Shown: positions 27,769-36,894 of the stretch, piece by piece | How positions within the stretch are numbered: the stretch's first letter is position 1 | How the letters are laid out: each line of letters begins with the position of its first letter | DNA from: Candidatus Moraniibacteriota bacterium | GTDB lineage: Bacteria; Patescibacteriota; Minisyncoccia; Moranbacterales; UBA1568 | Assembly: GCA_052034935.1 (NCBI GenBank) | Contig: JBPOIB010000008.1 | Coordinates: 2,511-66,510 of the forward strand | Length of the DNA: 64,000 nt | Reading direction: 5' to 3' | Notes under the pieces: generated by a model | The model's database searches: none | What the model saw: the letters and a program-made list of their open reading frames with translations, nothing else | Told to the model about the DNA's origin: nothing | Made by a program: the position numbers and the translations under genes

Positions 27769-29385
27769 TTATGGAAAACGGAGCACGGTGAATTCACTGC
27801 CAGTTTTCGGGTGAAGATTAATCGTTTCCGTGAGGACGGTCGGACTTCTTTTCCTGATCGCGTCTATGATTTGGTCGTCGTGTCTCATAAAGATGATGAC
27901 GCTGTCCTTGGTGCGGACAGTCGTCTCATCTGAGAGGAAAACGAGGTTCTCTACTTTTTTGTACGTGAGGAATTTGATAGGCTGAGCGGAAACGGGAAGT
28001 CCGTCTTCCATCATCCGACCACCACCGTTCGGAACGACGTATTTCATCGTTTTTGGCGGCAGGCTCATCGCGTAGTCGGCCATATTGCGGAAGTTTTGAT
28101 TGAAAGCGCCGTGTTGATTCGGGTTAGCATCAAAGAAAACAAAATATTTCGTCAGATTGAAGGCAGCACTGAAGAAGAGTCCGAAAGCGAGAAGGGTGTA
28201 GAGGGCGATACGTTCGCCGGGAAGCGTGACGCGGGCACGATTGATTACCCAAGCGATGGGCAGGATTGCGATGAGGTAGACAGGCATCTGGGTGCCGATG
28301 GCTCGGAGTGCGTGAGGTAACCCTTCTTCAGTGAGGAATTCCGGCATGAGCATTACGAAGAATGAGGAAAGCAGGAACCAATTGCGTACCAGTCGCTCAT
28401 CCCGGAGTTTCTCCCGGAAGCGCAGTCCGATGAATTTGATCGTCTCCCAGATGATGTAGATGAAACCGGCAAGGAAGAATGCTCCGGAAATCGGATCAAG
28501 AATTGGATACGGCGCGTAATTATGGCGCCAGTTCTGATCACCCCAAAAATTGTACTTTACGAGGGAAAGGCCAAGGGTTTTAGCGAAGGTACCCCAGAAG
28601 TCGCCCTTATTGATCTCCGGCGAGAAAATCGAGACGGCACCGGTTCGCGAGGAGAAGTGATCTGGGTTCTGATAAAAATCGTAGAACATTGGTGCGGCCG
28701 TGATGAATGCACCAAGAGCGAAGGCGAGCAAGTGCTTCCAGTAGCGGGTGAGGAAGTTCTCGTAGACAAGGAAAAGAATGGGGAGGAGGGCGATCAGAAT
28801 GAGCGGGGCGAGCCGGAAGGCAACATAGGTGTGAAGTCCAGCACCGAGAAAGAGTCCAGCGAAGAGGAAATCGCGTAACCGACTCGTGCGAAGCCCTTTG
28901 AAGAAGAAGTAGAAGGAGAAGGTGAGGAGGAACGTGACCATGATAGCCCGGAAGCCGATCCGGGAGAAATTGATCGCCCAGTAGGAGGTAGCGAGGAGAA
29001 AGGCAGCAAGATAGCCGTACACGCGTCGGCCGTAAAGCTCACGTCCAAGGAGGTAAATCCCGAGGACAGCGAGCGTTCCGAACATGACGGACCAGAATTT
29101 CAGGACCGGAACGGTGTTGCCGAAGTATTTGACAGCGAGTGCCTGGAGATTGATGAAGAGTCCTTCACGGCCGTAATTGTTCGTGTAGAGGAGTCGATAG
29201 TCGCCGGTCTCATTGGCGAGGAGTGCGTCGGTGCCGTTGGTTGCTTCATCCGGATAGAGTCCAGCAGGGAGCGAGTCAAGATGATAGACGCGGACAAAAA
29301 GCGCGAGAACGAGAATGCAGAAAACGATATAGGGCGCGATACGTTCAGTCCAGGTTTTTTCTGGAGAAGAAGCCACAGTTTCCAT
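27769..29385 (-). CDS. GT-C fold polytopic glycosyltransferase (ArnT/PMT-like)
   Basis: LYPDEATNG loop motif. Polytopic membrane protein. Confidence 0.75.
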   Translation of the reverse strand: METVASSPEKTWTERIAPYIVFCILVLALFVRVYHLDSLPAGLYPDEATNGTDALLANETGDYRLLYTNNYGREGLFINLQALAVKYFGNTVPVLKFWSVMFGTLAVLGIYLLGRELYGRRVYGYLAAFLLATSYWAINFSRIGFRAIMVTFLLTFSFYFFFKGLRTSRLRDFLFAGLFLGAGLHTYVAFRLAPLILIALLPILFLVYENFLTRYWKHLLAFALGAFITAAPMFYDFYQNPDHFSSRTGAVSIFSPEINKGDFWGTFAKTLGLSLVKYNFWGDQNWRHNYAPYPILDPISGAFFLAGFIYIIWETIKFIGLRFREKLRDERLVRNWFLLSSFFVMLMPEFLTEEGLPHALRAIGTQMPVYLIAILPIAWVINRARVTLPGERIALYTLLAFGLFFSAAFNLTKYFVFFDANPNQHGAFNQNFRNMADYAMSLPPKTMKYVVPNGGGRMMEDGLPVSAQPIKFLTYKKVENLVFLSDETTVRTKDSVIIFMRHDDQIIDAIRKRSPTVLTETINLHPKTGSEFTVLRFP

Positions 29386-29466
29386 TTCTTTTTGTGTTCT
29401 TTACTGTTAAAATTATAGCAAAGGAGACCGGAAAAAGAAAAAATTGTAAAGACTGACGCCTGTATT

Positions 29467-31980
29467 ATGGGTGAGCGTGGATTGTTACCTGATGCTAGTT
29501 CCGATTTTGCTAAGGGTTCGCGTGTTGAACGTGGCCGTACCCATGAAAAAACTGAAGCGGCCAAGCGCGCCGGAGTGTCCGGTCAAACCGTGCATCGTCG
29601 AGGTTTTATTCCCGTGGCAGCTGCTGAACAAAAACTGGAAAATGCGGGTGAAAAAGCCCTTAGACCACTGCTGGAGGATATCGAAGAGAAGGTTAATCGA
29701 CTGACGCAGGTCGCAGTTTGGCTTGAAGGCGAGGGTATATCAATGCAAAGCGAATATGAGGGGGAGAAAATGTCCCTTCTTCGTTTCATTGCCAATAGCT
29801 TTAGGGCGGCTAAAGATAACGCCGGGCCGTATCTCGAAGATGCAACTAATACATTGGTTGAGACCACAGACTTTCAGGGAGATAAAGAAAAAATTGAAGA
29901 GATTCAGGATCGGTTTGTCCAACTGCTCGAAATTTTAAAGGACCAAGTCGCTAGTCTTGAGTCTGCCACAGGAGAAGATCATCGTGATGTCCCTGCGGAA
30001 ATCAAAGCGCTCTTGAGGGAATCGGCCCCAGCTGAACCGCCGGAGGAAGCTCGGGATTCAACCGAACCAGCAGACTCCCTGGCCGCTGATCCCGCACCAG
30101 AATCAGGACCGGGTGCGGAGGCCGAAGCGAAGTTTGCCGAGCTCGAGAATAGTGTTCAGAAATGGCAGAGCATACGTGGGCGTATAACTGACCTTGCCAA
30201 AGGAACTGCTTTCGACGATGCGATGCGTAGTCTCCCGGCGCCCGATTTTGCGAAGCACCATAAATCGGAAGAGGCAGCGAAGGTGATCAGGCTCTGGAGA
30301 AGACTCCTTGCCCAAGGGAAAAAACCGGATGAGGAGCTTCAGACGAAGATCGAGGCGCTCGAGCAGAATTTGGCCAAGATGATTCCAGCAGGAGAAACAC
30401 TACTAGCTTCGCTCGAGGCTGCGCAGGGCGGTGGAGGAAAAGAGGGTCAGGAGGCGCCCGTTCGCTTCGCTGATTATGATCGAGATGAATTACTCGAAGA
30501 GTTCGAAGGGCAGAACAATCGCGCCAAAATTATCCGCTTGCAAGCAGCACATAAGTCTTTGCGGTTGATGGTTCAAGAGGTGGTCCACTTGGGCGGTTGG
30601 AAAGAACTGAGTGCAGCGGTAGCGAATCTACCGGGCAAAGAGCTGATTCGTAAGGGCAAGCGAGAGCAAAAAGAAAGTGAGTTGCGTGATCTCTGGCAGG
30701 CAAACCAGGAGAAGGGCGCACTGCCGGAGGATATCGATCTCAAGGCGCTCCTTCTCGAGTATCATGATGTGCTGGTGGCTGCGGAGGCCGTCCGGGAGAA
30801 GCTGCAAGCCAATCCGCCGAAAGAGATTGCCCGTAGCGAGCGAGCTGAGGGGGTAACGGAGAATCCTGGACCCGCGCTTGAGGCGGAGCTTCAGGAAAAA
30901 TGGCGGGCGATGCGGGGAAATCCGGAAGCGAAAGTTGCGGCGGTAGAAACATTGCTCGCGGAATGGAAAGAGGTGAGCGAAACGATTCGGCAGTTTTCTG
31001 ATGAGACTCGGGTGCGAAGCGATATCGTCGGCAGCGGTTTGGAGCCACGCAAGTTCGAGAAAATATTCGCTTCAGCTGAAAATGAAAAGCAAGTCGAAGC
31101 AAGGTTAGAGGTGATTCGGAAAAACATGGAAGCGAATCCTGCCTTAAGCGACGAAGACGCTGGGTTTTTGACCGCTAATTTCCATAACTATCATCAGCTC
31201 ATCGCAGCTGCCAGATCAGTCGTCCGTGAACGAGAACGAGAGACGGCAGTGATGGCGGCTGAAGAGGTAGCCGAGGACAATCCGGAAAATGATCCAACAC
31301 CGAAAGAGAAGTTTCTTCAGGCGAATGAGCTCATCACACGTTGGCGGGAGCTTTGCGATGAATTTGGAGTGATACGACTCCGAAAGGCCATTCGGAAGAA
31401 ATATCCAAGAGAAATGGAATTGCCTGTTGTCCCGGACATTGACGCCTGGCTTGAGAAGCATCGGGATCTGAAAGCGTGGCGGGGGCGCTCGGCGCAGCGG
31501 AATCAGGCTCGCCTGGATGCTCACCTGGTAGATCTTGTCGGCTTAGTTAAGGATGCCGAGCTCGTGGCGGCTGATATCCGTTCGCGAAGGGCCGAGAAAA
31601 TCGCTGCAGACAAAAAAGAAGCTGCGGAACCAGAGACGAGGGGAAATGTCACTGTTCTTGCGACTGGACGAATAATTGAAAGCGATGAACAGATGACGGC
31701 TTGGGAAAAGCTCGATTCGGATAAGGCCAAGGAGTTTAAGCGTCTCGTTTCCATGAATGAGTTCAATGATTTTCAGGGGCGACTGAGGGCCAAGCTCTCT
31801 GAAAAAGGTATAACGAATTCAGTGGACCGTCTGCGGATCGCCCAGGTGGCACTCGAGCAGTTCATGCCCGGGCATATTCGCAAGCTCGCAAAAAAAGGTG
31901 ATTGGAATATCGAGATTACTGATGATGAACTTGAAAAAGTGTTCATGGTAGGTTTGAGAAAAAACCTTCTTGTCTCATAA
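29467..31980 (+). CDS. Large (837 aa) acidic, alpha-helical/coiled-coil hypothetical protein; first gene of the giant-protein/T4CP operon
   Basis: Long ORF in coding-like composition. No TM segment and no recognisable domain. The start codon is uncertain. Confidence 0.6.
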   Translation: MGERGLLPDASSDFAKGSRVERGRTHEKTEAAKRAGVSGQTVHRRGFIPVAAAEQKLENAGEKALRPLLEDIEEKVNRLTQVAVWLEGEGISMQSEYEGEKMSLLRFIANSFRAAKDNAGPYLEDATNTLVETTDFQGDKEKIEEIQDRFVQLLEILKDQVASLESATGEDHRDVPAEIKALLRESAPAEPPEEARDSTEPADSLAADPAPESGPGAEAEAKFAELENSVQKWQSIRGRITDLAKGTAFDDAMRSLPAPDFAKHHKSEEAAKVIRLWRRLLAQGKKPDEELQTKIEALEQNLAKMIPAGETLLASLEAAQGGGGKEGQEAPVRFADYDRDELLEEFEGQNNRAKIIRLQAAHKSLRLMVQEVVHLGGWKELSAAVANLPGKELIRKGKREQKESELRDLWQANQEKGALPEDIDLKALLLEYHDVLVAAEAVREKLQANPPKEIARSERAEGVTENPGPALEAELQEKWRAMRGNPEAKVAAVETLLAEWKEVSETIRQFSDETRVRSDIVGSGLEPRKFEKIFASAENEKQVEARLEVIRKNMEANPALSDEDAGFLTANFHNYHQLIAAARSVVRERERETAVMAAEEVAEDNPENDPTPKEKFLQANELITRWRELCDEFGVIRLRKAIRKKYPREMELPVVPDIDAWLEKHRDLKAWRGRSAQRNQARLDAHLVDLVGLVKDAELVAADIRSRRAEKIAADKKEAAEPETRGNVTVLATGRIIESDEQMTAWEKLDSDKAKEFKRLVSMNEFNDFQGRLRAKLSEKGITNSVDRLRIAQVALEQFMPGHIRKLAKKGDWNIEITDDELEKVFMVGLRKNLLVS

Positions 31981-31995
31981 TGAAAGATATTCCGA

Positions 31996-34900
31996 ATGGA
32001 AAACGAAGCTATGCCCGATAAAGATGGAGTCGTGCCGCCGGAGGCTGAGTCTCCGAAGCTACTCGATAAAGCGACAATTGAGGCCATAGGAGCGGAAATC
32101 GCTCTGGAGATTTCCGCTGCAAAAGAACCGGAAAAGGCAGCGAAGCCTGAAAGCGGGTTTTCGGCGGAAGCACTTGAACGCCAGCGCCTTGTTTTTGACA
32201 CGCTCGAGAGCCAGGCGGGGGCTTGGCGGGAACGGATTTCAGCTATTGCAAGTAGAAAAGACCTGGATGCTGTCACGCGGTCGGCGGCTAGTAATGGGAA
32301 GTACACGAGGGTTCCCGGTTTTGTCGTGGGAAATGCCTTGATAAGGCTGCTTCGCGATAACGCGATTACGGACAGTGCCGAGATTGCGGTTATCAAAGAA
32401 CGGGCGTATGAGCTGCAGTCGGAGCTGGATACTCCTTATCTCGCAAAACAGGCAGAGTTCTATCCGACCTCACCGGCAGCCAAAGTTGCGTCGACGGCAG
32501 AAGCTGATCCTCAAGAGGGCTGGATATCGAGGACCAGAGAATTCTCTATTCCGCTCGCAAAAGATTTTCCGTCTGATGGGGTTCGATATGAAACCTTCGA
32601 TGGCAGGAGTTATCTGATCGTCAAGAGAGGGAGCCGGTATCATATCGATGGCCCGGGAATCGAGGGTGGTAGCGCTATCTCGCTGAAAGAAATACATGAG
32701 CGTGCCGAAGCGGAAGGCTGGCGACGGTCAAAGAAGGAGAGTGCAAGTGCGGCTCGGTCTCAAGGGGTTCAAGCCTCTCAGCTTCCTGATCCGGTACCCG
32801 TGCCAGAAACTGGGGCTGGTAATAAGACTGAAACATTGGGTGATATTACCGAACGTCTTAGCTTTCTCCGAAAGGGAGAGGGTCTACGTTATACGGGTCG
32901 AAATAATCAGCGATATGTCATTACCCGAGTTTCTGACCAGGAAGTATACCGTGTCGAGAGTCTTGATGAAGGAGATGATGGCGTGACGAGGCTGCATCAC
33001 ATCAAAGAGTTAGCCGGCTATATATTTGAAAATAATTGGCGATTCCGTGGGAAAAATAGAGTGGAAAGCGGTTCTGGTATGTCTCCAAAGGAGTTGCCAG
33101 TATCAGATGACCGCGGAGAAGTGCCGTTTAAAATTGAGAAGCGGCTCACCAGTCTCAAGCCTGACCGGGAGCTCGTCTATGAGGATGAATCAGGCGCTGC
33201 TTTTTCAGTTTCGAATCCATATGGAAAAGATGTTTTTAGTCTCCGCCATCCAGACGACACGCTGACCATGCATTACATTCGGGATTTGGTTAATGACATT
33301 CGTGAAAAAAAGTGGAAATTCAAGCGAGCAAGGAACCTCGCGGCGAGATCCGGAGAAGTTGCTGTTCAGGGTGTAGAGAGTTCAACCCATATCCTGGGGA
33401 CTGAAGCTCTCAATCAGTCGGCTCAACCAGCTGAAGCTGGTGAATCAGGAAAGGTACGAGAAATGATGACTGCTCTTGCTGAGGGCACAGTTATTAGTTT
33501 CATTAGTCGTTCTGGGGAACCAGTCACCGTCGAAAGGCGCAGTAACCAATATCAGATCACAAGTGCGGATGGCAACTCCTCTGGTTTTACCTATGATCTC
33601 GAACATATCACCAATATTGCAGTAGAGGAGGGATGGAAAGACATGCGTGGTGCGGCTGCCGAAAGCGTGGAGTCGGATTTTCTCAAGGATGGTGAGACGG
33701 GAGAATATACCATGGACAATTCGCCGATGGGATCAGTCCGTCGCTTTAAACGCGTGGGAAATTTCTATCATCAAATCCGTCCGGAGGATGGAAGTATCGG
33801 TAATCCGTATTCCGAGGCTCAAATTCAGCAGCTTGCCAAAGAGGTGGGGCTAAAGCGAGTGGTACCGGAAACTCCGGAGTCCATGGCTGAGGCAGCGAGA
33901 AAAGCGGAGGCACTTGCGGCGCTTGACACCGAGGTGGTGAAATTCCGGACTGAAGCCGACGCTGAACGGTCAGCCTATATCGCCAAGAAAGAAGATCAGA
34001 CGGCCGCCAAGAAAAGGCTCAGTAGAATTTTTCGCGATATCGGATTCGGAGAGAATCTCGAAGAAGAAGTCTTGGATTATAAGCAGTACTACGAAAACGC
34101 CCTTTCGCGCTGGAAGAATGCTGAACTTGAGCGGTTGCGCCAACAAGCACTCGGACGGGAAGAGCTTCATGGGGCGATGGCGGTGCTCGTCCGCGAGTTC
34201 GAATTCGAAGAATCGGAACGCCTCTATGAAGGGGAGCGAAGGGCCCGGTTGGATCGTGTCTCGAAGTCCGTTTTTGAGCGAGCCGATGAGTTATGGAGGG
34301 AATCTAAGGACGGCATCAGCAAAGAAGACGGATCGATGCGAGTAGAAGTCGCCTGGTCTCGGTTGAAATATGTCATGGGTGCACTCGGTATCGCGAGTCA
34401 GGCTGGGCTCGAGAAGGCGGTTAAGGGAGTTGATACTCTCGGCGAGCGTTACAACCAGCTTGCTCGAGGAAAATATGGGAAGCTTATCCTCGGGGCGACC
34501 ATCTTCGGTGCGGGGGCTGTCGTGGCTGGGACAGGTGGCACTGCACTGGCGGGGGTGCTCGCCGCCAAGCGAGTGGCCGCTGGCGCCGGTTTCGCGGTCA
34601 CGGCGAGAGGCGTGATGGATCGGTATGCCGATAAAAGTCGTGAGAAGGAAAAGGCGAATATCATGAACGAGGACCGGGTTAAGAAAGTGATGCGTGATAT
34701 TATCATCCCCACGCTCGATGGAAGGCTCGAGGGTAAGGGTGGAATGTTGAATCTGGAAGCTCTGAGCGAGTATCTCGATAAGGAGGGTATCAAGAAAGTC
34801 CAGAGTAAAGCCCGCCGTCGGAGGATAGGCGAGGTTTTGCGTAAAGGCGGATCGTATGTGGCGGGCGCAGCTATCGGCGGTCTCATACCGAGGGAGTGGT

Positions 34901-36129
34901 TTGATGGAGTGAGTTTCGGGAGCGCCGCACATGCAGCGACTGCTGGTGAGATTGCTCAGCCGGTAGCGGAAGCCGCCTCGGCTCCGTTGCCTCTTGCTTC
35001 CGCGCCGGTGGCTACTCCCGATAGTCCGCTTGCGGGTGGGCCTGGCTCAGGTCCGTCGATTGCTGAGTCTTCGGCGGCAGCTGAATTGTTGAAAGATACC
35101 CAAGCAATACCTGCCCCAGCTGCGTTAGAGGCGCCAGAATCTTTGAAGGATACGCATGTTATCCCAGCCCCGACTGAAGTATCGGAAGGGGGTACGGAAG
35201 GATTGCTCAAGTCATACGAGGTGAAGCCGGGGGATTCGATTTGGAAGATTGCGACAAAATCGGTCGAGGGAGTGCCAGATATGGACAAGCGTTCGAGTGG
35301 GCGTTTCGCGAAACTGCTCGCTCTGAGGCTCGAAGAGAAATTGACCGTAATCGATCCGAAACTCGCCGAAGCGGCTGGATTCACACCGGATGTCGATGGC
35401 CGTTTCACCCCGGACCACATCCTCGCTGGGGCAAAGCTCGAACTTGGCAAACTTCTTTCTGTCGAGGAGATGGCGAAGCTTGTCGAAGAGGCGAAGAGTG
35501 ATAGTCCGATTGCAATCCCGACTGAGTCGGCTCCGGTCGCTGCCGAGGTGGTGCCCTTAGCTGCTCAGTCCTCGACCGAGGCAGAACAGGTCGTAATTGA
35601 AGAAGCACGCGTCGCCGCTCAGGTGCCGTCGGTGAGTGTTGAAGAGCGGTCGGATATACTGAGCGTGTTCGAGCAGCATGCATCTCAAGAGCTCATCAAG
35701 CCGGATGGGAACGTGATGAAATACATCGAGACCTTGCCACGTGAAGAACAGGAGAAGCTTTTCCGTAATTTCAAAAAACTTTCGGTCGAGCTCTTTCAGA
35801 CGAATGAAGTGATGGGAAGCGAGACCTATGAAATGCGCTATGATCCGGCTGTTCATCCAGAACTTGCCAAGACAAACATGGCGACCATCCTGACCGATCA
35901 TAAGCTGCTCGGAAAGAATCCGTTCGTCTCGTATGATCGTTTCCGGAATCCGCTGCATGGTTCGCAGATGGAGGAAATAGCAAAATTTTCGAAAGCAGTA
36001 GCGAAGGTGTTCGGCCCGACGGCCGCAGCGCCGAAGGCGGTTGAATCTGTCCAGGAGTATGTTCTCCGAATGGCGGCGATTGCCGGCAATCAGCAGGTAA
36101 AAATTCCGGGTTTCCGTATGGTAAACTAA
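31996..36129 (+). CDS. Giant (1377 aa) hypothetical protein with five internal repeats of about 65 aa, a Gly-zipper hydrophobic segment and a LysM-like C-terminal region
   Basis: Repeats lie at about aa 180-625, each ending ...EGW(R/K). Hydrophobic segment GKLILGATIFGAGAVVAGTGGTALAGVLAAKRVAAGAGFAV at about aa 828-871. LysM-like YEVKPGDSIWKIA at about aa 1074. Confidence 0.65.
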   Translation: MENEAMPDKDGVVPPEAESPKLLDKATIEAIGAEIALEISAAKEPEKAAKPESGFSAEALERQRLVFDTLESQAGAWRERISAIASRKDLDAVTRSAASNGKYTRVPGFVVGNALIRLLRDNAITDSAEIAVIKERAYELQSELDTPYLAKQAEFYPTSPAAKVASTAEADPQEGWISRTREFSIPLAKDFPSDGVRYETFDGRSYLIVKRGSRYHIDGPGIEGGSAISLKEIHERAEAEGWRRSKKESASAARSQGVQASQLPDPVPVPETGAGNKTETLGDITERLSFLRKGEGLRYTGRNNQRYVITRVSDQEVYRVESLDEGDDGVTRLHHIKELAGYIFENNWRFRGKNRVESGSGMSPKELPVSDDRGEVPFKIEKRLTSLKPDRELVYEDESGAAFSVSNPYGKDVFSLRHPDDTLTMHYIRDLVNDIREKKWKFKRARNLAARSGEVAVQGVESSTHILGTEALNQSAQPAEAGESGKVREMMTALAEGTVISFISRSGEPVTVERRSNQYQITSADGNSSGFTYDLEHITNIAVEEGWKDMRGAAAESVESDFLKDGETGEYTMDNSPMGSVRRFKRVGNFYHQIRPEDGSIGNPYSEAQIQQLAKEVGLKRVVPETPESMAEAARKAEALAALDTEVVKFRTEADAERSAYIAKKEDQTAAKKRLSRIFRDIGFGENLEEEVLDYKQYYENALSRWKNAELERLRQQALGREELHGAMAVLVREFEFEESERLYEGERRARLDRVSKSVFERADELWRESKDGISKEDGSMRVEVAWSRLKYVMGALGIASQAGLEKAVKGVDTLGERYNQLARGKYGKLILGATIFGAGAVVAGTGGTALAGVLAAKRVAAGAGFAVTARGVMDRYADKSREKEKANIMNEDRVKKVMRDIIIPTLDGRLEGKGGMLNLEALSEYLDKEGIKKVQSKARRRRIGEVLRKGGSYVAGAAIGGLIPREWFDGVSFGSAAHAATAGEIAQPVAEAASAPLPLASAPVATPDSPLAGGPGSGPSIAESSAAAELLKDTQAIPAPAALEAPESLKDTHVIPAPTEVSEGGTEGLLKSYEVKPGDSIWKIATKSVEGVPDMDKRSSGRFAKLLALRLEEKLTVIDPKLAEAAGFTPDVDGRFTPDHILAGAKLELGKLLSVEEMAKLVEEAKSDSPIAIPTESAPVAAEVVPLAAQSSTEAEQVVIEEARVAAQVPSVSVEERSDILSVFEQHASQELIKPDGNVMKYIETLPREEQEKLFRNFKKLSVELFQTNEVMGSETYEMRYDPAVHPELAKTNMATILTDHKLLGKNPFVSYDRFRNPLHGSQMEEIAKFSKAVAKVFGPTAAAPKAVESVQEYVLRMAAIAGNQQVKIPGFRMVN

Positions 36130-36144
36130 GTTCAGAATAAAAAT

Positions 36145-36450
36145 ATGGACATTGACTATTCGAAAATTGAACAAGAACTGATTGAAGAGCTCGCGCTTTC
36201 GGGGCTACCAAAGCCAAAACAGGAAGAGCTCCTCGGTCGGATGCTCGAAGCACTCCTGAAGCGGATTTTCATGGAGACGATGGAACGGCTTGGTGAAGAT
36301 GGGATGAAGGAGTATGAAGCTTTAATTGAAGCCAAACCGACCGAAGAAGCTGTCGGAAAATTTCTCGAAGATCGGATTCCAGAATATACGGTATTTATTG
36401 AGGGTATCGTGGAACAGTTCAAGAAAGACATAAAAGCGGTGGCCGCCTAA
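36145..36450 (+). CDS. Small acidic helical hypothetical protein (101 aa)
   Basis: Tightly packed ORF inside the operon. No recognisable domain. Confidence 0.5.
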   Translation: MDIDYSKIEQELIEELALSGLPKPKQEELLGRMLEALLKRIFMETMERLGEDGMKEYEALIEAKPTEEAVGKFLEDRIPEYTVFIEGIVEQFKKDIKAVAA

Positions 36451-36454
36451 CCCT

Positions 36455-36871
36455 ATGTCAATGTGGGAATTTTTTTCACGGAAAAAAGAGGCGGCGGCCG
36501 TGGTGGCTTCGCCCGCGAATATAGCTGAAACGAAGGTTTCAGAAGGTAAGCCTGATTTTGAGAGAGTTTCCGAACAAACAGTCGAGAAGGTAAACGAGAA
36601 GTATGCCGCAATACTTTCTCAGAGTGCGATTTCCCAGTCGGCACCAGTAGCCGCTCAGGTAGCTACGGATGCTGACCTGTTGAGCCATGCCGTAGATGCG
36701 GAAACCCGGGTTAATCAGCTCGTCGAGCTCGCTCAGGTAAAGGGAGTCGCTCATGCGGTCGAAGTCGCCCGAAAAATGAATGATCTCTACGTCCTTGATA
36801 CGATGCATGATGAGCTTGCGGATAAGCTCTATGATGCCCTCAGGGCAAAGGGGCTCATTCTCGGGGAATAG
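36455..36871 (+). CDS. Small hypothetical protein (138 aa)
   Basis: Tightly packed ORF, 4 nt after the previous stop. No recognisable domain. Confidence 0.5.
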   Translation: MSMWEFFSRKKEAAAVVASPANIAETKVSEGKPDFERVSEQTVEKVNEKYAAILSQSAISQSAPVAAQVATDADLLSHAVDAETRVNQLVELAQVKGVAHAVEVARKMNDLYVLDTMHDELADKLYDALRAKGLILGE

Positions 36872-36894
36872 GAGAAAAACAAGACAAAAAATAA

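Noticed and set aside
34291-36253. Several - strand ORFs (213, 145, 164, 205 and 160 aa).
   Set aside because: All lie antisense within the 1377-aa giant-protein gene, whose + frame is continuous for 4.1 kb.
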